Shown one piece after another: positions 51,902 through 59,549 of a stretch of DNA of 64,000 bases. A program made the translations under genes and the position numbers. The notes beneath the pieces are model-generated. The model was given only the letters and a program-made list of their open reading frames with translations, ran no database searches and was not told where the DNA came from. Source of the DNA: Candidatus Woesebacteria bacterium. GTDB lineage: Bacteria; Patescibacteriota; Microgenomatia; UBA1400; PJMF01. Location of the stretch: assembly GCA_017999345.1 (NCBI GenBank), contig JAGNLY010000004.1, positions 886 to 64,885 on the forward strand, given 5' to 3'. Each line of letters opens with the position of its first letter. Position 1 is the stretch's first letter.

Positions 51902-54077
51902 AAAATCTCTCACTACTAACTTGAATTACTTTTTCTTTATTACTATTACTGCTTTTTGCGAGTCCAAGTGTTAGGGCAGGGAATGGTTTTGAGACAATAT
52001 TATCAATCGATAACTTATTAATAACTTGATGTCTTTCTAGAGAGACAAGGTCTTCACTTGTATAATGATCTCCATATTCTTTGGCAAAAACCTGGGCATC
52101 TTCAGCGCCCATCACAAAACTAATCATGCTTCCGCAGTTGCCAAAAATTGCTTTTTGAACCTCTTCTGGGATTTGAGCAATATATTGATTCGCTAGGGTT
52201 AAATTTAAGCGATATTTTCTGGCTTCTGACAAAATTTTACTGAAAGAATCAGTGGCAAAATTTTGAAACTCATCAACATAAAGATAAAAATCTTTTCTTT
52301 CTTCTTCAGGTACATTCACTCTAGCCATTGCAGCTAATTGAATTTTTGTAATTAACATCGAGCCGAGTAGAGTGGCATTGTCTTCTCCAAGTTTTCCCTG
52401 AGACAAATTAACTAAAATTATTTTTCCAGTGTTCATTGCTTCTTCAATGCTAAAAGAGCTTTTTCTAGCGTTAACAATGTTTCTAACAATCGGTGAGGAC
52501 ACAAATTGTCCAACTTTGTTTAAAATAGACGCTATAGCCTCAGTTCTTTGCCTATCTTGCATTTTGTTGTATTCATCCACCCAGAAGCTTTTTAGAATTG
52601 GGTCGTCGAGCGTTTCAACAATATTATCCCTAAACTTTTTATTTGTAAGCAACTCTAAAATGTCAGAAAGTCTTGATTGCTCGGCTTTGAGTAGAGTCAA
52701 AAGAGAGTTTCTGAGGATGTATTCAAGTCTTGGGCCCCATGAATAACCATATAGTTTTTTGAAAACTGAAACAATTCCCGAAGCAATTAATTCTCTGTGA
52801 ACAATATTTTCTCCCTCAAATAAGTTTAATTTTACAGTTCTGTTTTTTTCACTTGGATCAAAATAAATAACGTCGTTAATTCTACGTGAAGGTATATAGT
52901 TTAAAATTGTTTCAATTAAGTCTCCATGCGGATCAATGACACACATGCCCTCATCATTTTTTAAATCGTTGATAGCCATGTTGGCCAGTAGAGTAGACTT
53001 TCCTGTTCCAGTCTTACCAATCACGTACATATGCCTTCTGCGGTCGTTTCGTTTCAATCCATATATAACGTCATTATTTTTATAGTGGGTTTTGGCAAAT
53101 GCATTAATATCTCTTTTTAATTCTGGATCCATATCCTTAGTAATGACTGGTAGGTTTTCAGGTGGCTCGCCCAATAAATTCTTCCCCCAGGCTATATTTG
53201 GAATGGTAGACAACTTTTCATTTGGCATATGAAGAATTGTGGCCGTCTCATCCAACGAAAGGTGAAATTTTGGAGATGCCTTAAATGACCTAGCCTTCAT
53301 TTGTTTGAGGAAATAATCTTTAAACAAATATTTTCTTCTAAGTCGAAGACTATTTCCTTCACTATCTGCCACTGATTCAAACGATGCCTCAAGAGTTTCT
53401 AAAAGCATTCTGCTTCTTAGTTTGTCATTTGATGAAATGACAATTTTTATTATGCTTTTTAGAGACTTGCTGTCGATTTTTTTATTAATTTTTTGTTTTT
53501 GACTGCTTAATATTTGAATAGGAGATTCTGCGCTTTGAGTATTGGCGATTCTCTCGACTGGAGATCCAGATTTCCAATGTTCATTACTTTTGCTAAAAAC
53601 GTATTGAATAGTTGCTCTGTCATATTCTTGGAGTTTTGAAAGGGTAGATAGAATAGTTGACATTGGATCTGTATCGCTAAAATCTCTATATGTTTTTAAG
53701 GGCAGATAGTTAGGTCTTCTTAGAGAGAGATTTCCCATTTCAAAAAACTGACTATTAGTGTCTACATAATTTTCTGGGGGCAGGAGGAAGCTATCTATGG
53801 CATCTTCTGGTATTTCATTGATAAGAATTTCAGGATAACTAGCTCTAAGTATGCTTTTAATGTAATTAATCAATCTATCTGGTACATATATTTGGAAAAA
53901 TATTGTTTGATTTTTAACGATAATTTCAAAACTTAAACGCTCGTCTTTTTTGAGCAATTTCCAGTACCACTGGTTTCTGAGGTTGGGAATTGAACCAAAA
54001 AACTGAGCAGCAGATTCAGGCGTGTGTTCGCTGTCTCTTCCAGTTCTTAGCTCTAAAATACTATGTTTTGCAGGCAT
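51885..54077 (-). CDS. virD4: VirD4/TraD-type coupling-protein-like ATPase (no obvious TM segments)
   Basis: Walker A GKTGTGKST (52993-53019). Walker B FYLYVDEFQNF. C-terminal NCGSMISF. An N-terminal ~330 aa soluble domain. Its 3' end overlaps the radA 3' end by 17 nt. Confidence 0.65.
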   Translation of the reverse strand: MPAKHSILELRTGRDSEHTPESAAQFFGSIPNLRNQWYWKLLKKDERLSFEIIVKNQTIFFQIYVPDRLINYIKSILRASYPEILINEIPEDAIDSFLLPPENYVDTNSQFFEMGNLSLRRPNYLPLKTYRDFSDTDPMSTILSTLSKLQEYDRATIQYVFSKSNEHWKSGSPVERIANTQSAESPIQILSSQKQKINKKIDSKSLKSIIKIVISSNDKLRSRMLLETLEASFESVADSEGNSLRLRRKYLFKDYFLKQMKARSFKASPKFHLSLDETATILHMPNEKLSTIPNIAWGKNLLGEPPENLPVITKDMDPELKRDINAFAKTHYKNNDVIYGLKRNDRRRHMYVIGKTGTGKSTLLANMAINDLKNDEGMCVIDPHGDLIETILNYIPSRRINDVIYFDPSEKNRTVKLNLFEGENIVHRELIASGIVSVFKKLYGYSWGPRLEYILRNSLLTLLKAEQSRLSDILELLTNKKFRDNIVETLDDPILKSFWVDEYNKMQDRQRTEAIASILNKVGQFVSSPIVRNIVNARKSSFSIEEAMNTGKIILVNLSQGKLGEDNATLLGSMLITKIQLAAMARVNVPEEERKDFYLYVDEFQNFATDSFSKILSEARKYRLNLTLANQYIAQIPEEVQKAIFGNCGSMISFVMGAEDAQVFAKEYGDHYTSEDLVSLERHQVINKLSIDNIVSKPFPALTLGLAKSSNSNKEKVIQVSSERFSKKTE

Positions 54078-54279
54078 ATAAAAATTATAGCACCTCTACA
54101 AGTTGGAGTATATTGGTTTGTTGGTTGAAGGCCAAATTGTTTATTCCAGACAAGAGGATAGTTATCCACATTAAATTATATTTATATATTGATGTGAATA
54201 ACTATTGTATTTCTCTCTATAAATTATAAATTTAATTAAATATAGGTTGCTAATTTATTTAAGACAAATAACTTATAGG

Positions 54280-54307
54280 TTGACTATTTAAAGAAAAAAG
54301 TTATACT
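54280..54307 (+). promoter_or_regulatory. Sigma70-type promoter in the long rho-upstream intergenic region
   Basis: TTGACT (54280-54285), 16 nt spacer, TATACT (54302-54307). Confidence 0.45.
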
Positions 54308-54327
54308 AGAAAAAGGCAATAAAAAAA

Positions 54328-54372
54328 AGCATTATTATCGCTGGACAGACCACGAATAACAATGCTCTTTTT
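54328..54372 (+). terminator. Terminator/attenuator-like hairpin about 15 nt after the predicted TSS
   Basis: AGCATTATTATCG (54328-54340) pairs imperfectly with CGAATAACAATGCT (54353-54366), then CTTTTT. A perfect 9-bp hairpin follows: TTCACATGG 54374-54382 with CCATGTGAA 54407-54415. Confidence 0.35.
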
Positions 54373-54575
54373 GTTCACATGGCGTTTAATTAAAAACTTT
54401 TAAGAACCATGTGAAACAGAGATTATCTGAAATTGCCTAGATTGTAAATTCTATCTTTTTGATTCTTAATACATAGAACTGCATCGTAGACTAAATTTAT
54501 AACCTAAATAGATAAAAAATTCTTTCAAAATTAGCAAAAACAGCTTTTTTTGAAGTCAAATAGAGGGTGTTTTGC

Positions 54576-54632
54576 GGAGGTTCGGTAGTTGGGCAGGCAA
54601 CCGAGCTTCCACATAGCATCTTGTAAAAGATG
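54576..54632 (+). other. Structured 5' leader upstream of the small ORF
   Basis: GGAGGTTCGGT (54576-54586) pairs with ACCGAGCTTCC (54600-54610). That is 11 bp including two G-U pairs, valid only as + strand RNA. Then CATCTT-GTAA-AAGATG (54617-54632) and the GGGGGT SD at 54651-54656. Confidence 0.35.
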
Positions 54633-54660
54633 ACATATTTATTTAGAATAGGGGGTAATT

Positions 54661-54867
54661 ATGTTTTTGCCTGGTAGATTTGATAGGCCAACTTCGTTAG
54701 GTAGAGAAAAGCTCGAAGCAAGACTTCGCGGCTTATATCTTCAAATTCAAGGTATGATTAGCATAGGAATTTTAGGATCAACAGATCAATCTAAAAAAGA
54801 AGAAGCTAATGTTGAGGTTGAGGCAGCCGCTCCAACGGAAGAAGAGATATCAGCAGAAGAGAATTAG
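54661..54867 (+). CDS. Small hypothetical protein (68 aa), acidic C-terminus
   Basis: A strong SD (AGGGGGT) lies 5 nt upstream of the ATG. I recognise no homology. Confidence 0.4.
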   Translation: MFLPGRFDRPTSLGREKLEARLRGLYLQIQGMISIGILGSTDQSKKEEANVEVEAAAPTEEEISAEEN

Positions 54868-55097
54868 GTTTAAATTTATTCGTTGTCTTTCGCTTTTATT
54901 TGACATTTCACACATTATTTGGAATAATATCACCAACTTCGTGATTTCTTATTAATGTCCCTAAAGAATGTTTCTACAGAACTTGCTTCATAAATGGGTT
55001 TCTCGTAATAAAAATTATCATTGTAGGTTGCAATTATTTATTTAAATTATCATTTTTACCATAAAAAAATATTGTTATATTAATTAACGAACAAATT

Positions 55098-56660
55098 ATG
55101 ACGGAAGAAAAAACCAAAACAACAAAAAAAACTGTTCAAAATTCAAAACCAGAAAACACTGAAGAAAAAATTATTTCAGCACAGCCAAGCACAGAGGCAA
55201 GCGCGCAGCCAACCACGGAGTCAACCACAGAGCTAATTGCAGAAAAAACCGCAAAATCAACTTCTAAGCCAATTGTAAAATTTAGCGTAAAACCAACCAC
55301 CGAGTTAATTTCAGAACCAACCACAGAACCAACGCTTGCTCTAGATCAAGCTGAAGCAACCCTGAGATTATCCAAACCATCAGAGAAAAAAGAATTACCA
55401 GAAGAAATTACCAAAGTTCCTCAATTGGATTCAAAATCAGACATGAAAAGAGTTCCAGTTATGCCTCTCAAAAATTTCAACAATAACATGCAAAAAAGAC
55501 CATCCTTTGTAAAAACAGAAGAAAATGAGAATGATAAAACCATTACTGGATTTTTAGATCTTTCCAGAGATGGCCATGGAGTTCTTAGAGCTTCTTTGAT
55601 GGGCGAAGACGATCTTGATGCTTATATTTCAACTTCACAGATTAGAAGATTTAGACTAAGAGCAGGCGATGTTATCACTGGACCTGCAAGAGAGCCTAAA
55701 GATAGTGAGAGATTTTGGGGCTTGTTAAAAGTTACTCAAGTTAACGGAAGACCGGCAGAAGAATTAAAAAATGCTGACAGACCAAGATTTCAGAAATTTA
55801 CCCCAGTTTATCCTGATTCTAGAATCAAATTAGAAATAGATCCAGAGCTCCTTTCTTTGAGAATTATTGACATGATCGCTCCAATTGGAAAAGGTCAAAG
55901 AAGTTTAATTGTTTCTCCTCCAAAAGCTGGAAAGACAAATTTGCTTAAAGATATAGCTACTGGTGTTGCAATAAATCATCCAGAGATCCACATTATCGCA
56001 GTGCTTGTTGGTGAGAGACCAGAAGAAGTGACCGATATTAAGCGCCATATCTCTAGAATAACTAATGGAAAAGGTGAGGTTGCTGCAAGTAATTTTGATG
56101 AAGCAGCAAAAGATCAATGTCGAGTGGCTGAACTAGCTCTAGAAAGAGCAAAAAGATTGGTTGAAGAAGGCCAAGACGTTCTTATTCTTCTAGATTCAAT
56201 TACTCGTTTGGCTCGTGCATATAATCTTTCTATTCCAACATCTGGCAGAACACTTTCGGGTGGTTTTGATCCAGCTGCATTATTTCCTCCAAAGAAATTT
56301 TTTGGCGCAGCTAGAAACTTCGAGGTTGACGGCAGTTTAACAATCGTTGGTACTGCTTTGGTTGAGACTGGTTCAAGAATGGACGACTTAGTTTATGAAG
56401 AATTCAAAGGTACAGGAAATCAAGAAGTTCATTTGGATAGAAAATTAGCAGAAAGAAGAATTTTTCCTGCAATTGATGTTCAAAAATCTGGAACAAGAAG
56501 AGATGACTTGCTCATAGATAGCATGGATTATCTCTCAATAACAACTTTACATAGAATGCTTGATATGTTGGACAAAGACAAGCGAACCTCCACCATAATC
56601 CAGCAACTTAAGAAAACCAAAACTAATAAAGAGTTCTTGGCTTCTTTAAAAAACGGCTAA
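55098..56660 (+). CDS. rho: Transcription termination factor Rho with ~145-aa low-complexity N-terminal region
   Basis: From GFLDLSRDGHGVLR onward it is collinear with E. coli Rho. Shared elements are SQIRRF.LR.GD, PIGKGQRSLIVSPPKAGKT, DSITRLARAYN, FFGAARN and EFKGTGN.E..L.R. Confidence 0.93.
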   Translation: MTEEKTKTTKKTVQNSKPENTEEKIISAQPSTEASAQPTTESTTELIAEKTAKSTSKPIVKFSVKPTTELISEPTTEPTLALDQAEATLRLSKPSEKKELPEEITKVPQLDSKSDMKRVPVMPLKNFNNNMQKRPSFVKTEENENDKTITGFLDLSRDGHGVLRASLMGEDDLDAYISTSQIRRFRLRAGDVITGPAREPKDSERFWGLLKVTQVNGRPAEELKNADRPRFQKFTPVYPDSRIKLEIDPELLSLRIIDMIAPIGKGQRSLIVSPPKAGKTNLLKDIATGVAINHPEIHIIAVLVGERPEEVTDIKRHISRITNGKGEVAASNFDEAAKDQCRVAELALERAKRLVEEGQDVLILLDSITRLARAYNLSIPTSGRTLSGGFDPAALFPPKKFFGAARNFEVDGSLTIVGTALVETGSRMDDLVYEEFKGTGNQEVHLDRKLAERRIFPAIDVQKSGTRRDDLLIDSMDYLSITTLHRMLDMLDKDKRTSTIIQQLKKTKTNKEFLASLKNG

Positions 56661-56734
56661 ATAAATTGTCCAAATAAGCTGTCTAAATAAATTGCCGTTT
56701 GTTCTAGATTTGAGTTATAATTTCTTTAAATAAT

Positions 56735-57847
56735 ATGGTAAAAATTACTCTTAGATTTAGGTTTCCACGATTTATAAAAGAACTATTTTCTTATTTTTCG
56801 TTTTTAAAGTTTTATTTTAGAAAAAGAGTATATAGTTGGTTTTCCAGATTTGAACTTTTTAAAGACAGAATTGTTGATCTTTTATATAGAAAAAGGGGCA
56901 AATATGTTCGTCCTTTTCTTCATTTTGGCACGATAGGATTAATTTTTTTGGCTATTACAGTTGGACCACTAATTATTTCTGGATCTGATGATCAAAATCA
57001 GGATTTATCGAGTGGAATTTTAACTTCAAAAGCCTATGGATCAAATTTTTTTACTCAACAAGCAGAGGAAGTTAAGCTTTTTAGAGGTGGAGAAATAATT
57101 GCCCATGTGGTGGAAGAAGGAGAAACAATTTCAAGTATCGCCCAGCGATATGGACTGGAAGCTAATACCATTCTTTGGGAAAACGACTTGACCTCTACGA
57201 GCAAAATTAAACCCGGTGACGAACTAAATATTTTACCTATTAACGGTGTGAGACATAAAGTTCAAAGAGGAGAAACAATTTATTCCATTGGTAAGAAATA
57301 CAGCTTGGATGAATCTCAGGTGCAGGTGATTGTCGACTATCCTTTCAACGAATTTTTAAATGACGAGACTTTTGAGTTGGCAACGGGCCAATATATTATG
57401 GTTCCTGAGGGAATTAAGATTACAAAGTCTGCTCCAGTTATAAGTAGAACTGCGCAAATTACTCCAGATGCTGGATCGGTCACAGCCATGGGATCTTTTG
57501 TTTGGCCAGCAGCTGGAAAAATTACTCAAGGGTATAGTTTTTACCACAAGGCTTTCGACATTGCTAACAGATCCGGTGGTTCGATTCTGGCTGCAGACAG
57601 CGGTACAGTTGTTGCTGCAGGATGGGATCCTTCTGGATATGGAAACAAGATTATTGTTGATCATGGCAACGGATTTGTTACTCTTTATGGACATTTAAAC
57701 TTAATTCAAGTTGTTGCTGGTCAAAGAGTTAGCCGTGGAGACGTGGTCGGACAAATGGGAAGTACTGGAAGATCAACGGGCACACATCTGCACTTTGAGA
57801 TTAGACAGGGTGGTGTTTTACTCAACCCAGGAAGTTTCTTGAGGTAG
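56735..57847 (+). CDS. Membrane-anchored 2xLysM plus M23 peptidoglycan metalloendopeptidase
   Basis: LysM domains: HVVEEGETISSIAQRYGL and HKVQRGETIYSIGKKYSL. M23 domain: GNKIIVDHGNGFVTLYGHL...GSTGRSTGTHLHFEI. Confidence 0.88.
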   Translation: MVKITLRFRFPRFIKELFSYFSFLKFYFRKRVYSWFSRFELFKDRIVDLLYRKRGKYVRPFLHFGTIGLIFLAITVGPLIISGSDDQNQDLSSGILTSKAYGSNFFTQQAEEVKLFRGGEIIAHVVEEGETISSIAQRYGLEANTILWENDLTSTSKIKPGDELNILPINGVRHKVQRGETIYSIGKKYSLDESQVQVIVDYPFNEFLNDETFELATGQYIMVPEGIKITKSAPVISRTAQITPDAGSVTAMGSFVWPAAGKITQGYSFYHKAFDIANRSGGSILAADSGTVVAAGWDPSGYGNKIIVDHGNGFVTLYGHLNLIQVVAGQRVSRGDVVGQMGSTGRSTGTHLHFEIRQGGVLLNPGSFLR

Positions 57848-57860
57848 CAAGCTAAATCAG

Positions 57861-57869
57861 TGATATAAT
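57861..57869 (+). promoter_or_regulatory. Extended -10 (TGATATAAT) 5 nt upstream of the obg ATG; leaderless candidate
   Basis: TG-n-TATAAT at 57861-57869. Only GTATT lies before the ATG at 57875. Confidence 0.45.
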
Positions 57870-57874
57870 GTATT

Positions 57875-59263
57875 ATGATAGATTTAGTAAAGTTAATTTT
57901 AACAGCTGGTGACGGTGGTCTTGGTAAAGTTTCATTTTTGCGTGAAAGAAGAATTCCAAAAGGTGGCCCTGATGGTGGTGATGGTGGTAAGGGTGGATCT
58001 GTAATTATTCGCGGCAACAAAAATCTCGCAACTCTCAAAAATTTCAAAGGCAAAGTTCTGTTTGAAGCAGAAGATGGCCATCCAGGTGAAAAAAAGAACA
58101 TGATTGGAGCCAAGGGCAAAGATTTGGTGTTAGATGTTCCAATCGGAACATCAATTTCAGTTGTTGCTGAGAATGGTAATGCCAAAAAAAGAAGAACTTT
58201 TGTTGGTATTAATTCTCAATTAAATAGAGATGGCATCAGACACGAAAAATACTACTTAGAAAAAGAAGGAATGTCTGTCCCACCAAGAGAAGTTGATAGC
58301 TTTTATCTTCTCAGAGAAGCCGTATTTGATGAAAAATTAGCCAAAAGTAAAGAGAGTTTGGAGGATGTAGACTTAGAAGTTTTTGATTTGGAAGCTTTTG
58401 AATCAACCAAAGCAGAAGTAGATGAGCCAATTTATCCTGACGTTCAAACAATTTTATCTGCAGTAAGAGGATTCATTCCAGTTGAAGTCGAGAGAATACT
58501 GGAAGATGGACAAGAAGTTGTCATCTGTCAGGGTGGTTTTGGAGGCAGAGGAAATGATAGATTCAAGAGTTCGAGGAACGTTACTCCTTTGGAAGCAGAG
58601 TATGGATCTTTTGGTGAAAAAAGAGCAGTGGTTTTGGAACTTAAGCTTCTGGCTGATGTTGGACTTGTAGGCTTTCCTAACGCTGGAAAGAGCACTTTAT
58701 TATCTGTTGTTACTAAGGCAAGGCCAAAAATTGCATCTTACCCATTTACGACAATAGAGCCTAATCTTGGAATTCTGGAATTTGGTGATTATCAACAAAC
58801 AGATGGAATTGAAGAAATCGTAATTGCTGATATTCCTGGATTAATTGATGGTGCAAGCGAAGGAAAAGGCTTGGGTCATTCATTTTTAAGACACGTAGAA
58901 AATTGTTCAACAATGTTATATGTGTTGGCTCTAAATGAAGCAGATGTATTTGATCAAGAAGCCACCGACAAACAGAAGGCAGAAATTTTGTATAAACAAT
59001 TAACCAGTCTGCAAAAAGAACTTGAAAACCATGCAAAAAAGAGCAGTGGAGCACTTAATAGTTTGGGATCAAAGTTGTTTGAGGATAAGAAATTTTTGGT
59101 TAGTGTTAATAAAATAGATCTATATTCTGAAAGTTTAATAAGCGAAATAAAGAAACTATTTAAGAAAAAAAAGATTTCACCAATATTTTTTAGTGGTGCT
59201 ACTAAAATTGGAATGCCAGAACTAGCAGGCAAGCTAAGAGAAGTTGTTTCGTTGAATAAGTGA
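57875..59263 (+). CDS. obg: GTPase Obg/CgtA with ~110-aa insertion in the Obg fold
   Basis: GDGGLGKVSFLRERRIPKGGPDGGDGGKGG, GGFGGRGNDRF, LKLLADVGLVGFPNAGKSTLL and DIPGLIDGASEGKGLG. Insertion between VPIGTSI and VVICQGG. Confidence 0.9.
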   Translation: MIDLVKLILTAGDGGLGKVSFLRERRIPKGGPDGGDGGKGGSVIIRGNKNLATLKNFKGKVLFEAEDGHPGEKKNMIGAKGKDLVLDVPIGTSISVVAENGNAKKRRTFVGINSQLNRDGIRHEKYYLEKEGMSVPPREVDSFYLLREAVFDEKLAKSKESLEDVDLEVFDLEAFESTKAEVDEPIYPDVQTILSAVRGFIPVEVERILEDGQEVVICQGGFGGRGNDRFKSSRNVTPLEAEYGSFGEKRAVVLELKLLADVGLVGFPNAGKSTLLSVVTKARPKIASYPFTTIEPNLGILEFGDYQQTDGIEEIVIADIPGLIDGASEGKGLGHSFLRHVENCSTMLYVLALNEADVFDQEATDKQKAEILYKQLTSLQKELENHAKKSSGALNSLGSKLFEDKKFLVSVNKIDLYSESLISEIKKLFKKKKISPIFFSGATKIGMPELAGKLREVVSLNK

Positions 59264-59281
59264 TTTTAATAAATATTTAAA

Positions 59282-59541
59282 AGCTCTCTGCTAAGCAAAG
59301 CTTAGATGTTCGCTTTTAAACATTTGGTAAATTTAAGGATCGTAACAGGTTAGCTCTCTGCTAAGCAAAGCTTAGATGTTCGCTTTTAAACATTTGGTAA
59401 AGCTAAGAATTACGTAGTAAAAACTCTCGCAGGCAGTTCGCCTGAATGTTCGTTTTTGAATATTTATTAAAATTAAGAACCACAAAAGAAAAGCTCTCTG
59501 CTAAGCAAAGCTTAGATGTTCGCTTTTAAACATTTGGTAAA
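59282..59541. repeat. Four-unit 70-bp-period tandem array (50-nt two-hairpin core plus 20-nt semi-variable linker)
   Basis: Cores start at 59282, 59352, 59422 and 59492. Cores 1, 2 and 4 are identical (AGCTCTCTGCTAAGCAAAGCTTAGATGTTCGCTTTTAAACATTTGGTAAA). Core 3 is diverged but keeps both hairpins. Confidence 0.9.
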
Positions 59542-59549
59542 GCTAAACC

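Noticed and set aside
54162-54170. Perfect DnaA box TTATCCACA far from dnaA, as a possible second origin or DnaA-regulated site
   Set aside because: It is a single isolated 9-mer with no neighbouring boxes. One chance occurrence in a window of this size is plausible.
57721-58185. 154-aa minus-strand ORF (Pro/Ser-rich)
   Set aside because: It is antisense to the 3' end of the M23 gene and to the Gly-rich (GGT-repeat) 5' part of obg. Its composition is the complement artefact of Gly codons.
59282-59541. Possible CRISPR array (regularly spaced repeats)
   Set aside because: The geometry is wrong: 50-nt repeats with 20-nt linkers that themselves share a TAAG motif. There are only four units and one is heavily diverged. 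No cas genes or leader are in the window. It is kept as a structured tandem repeat instead.
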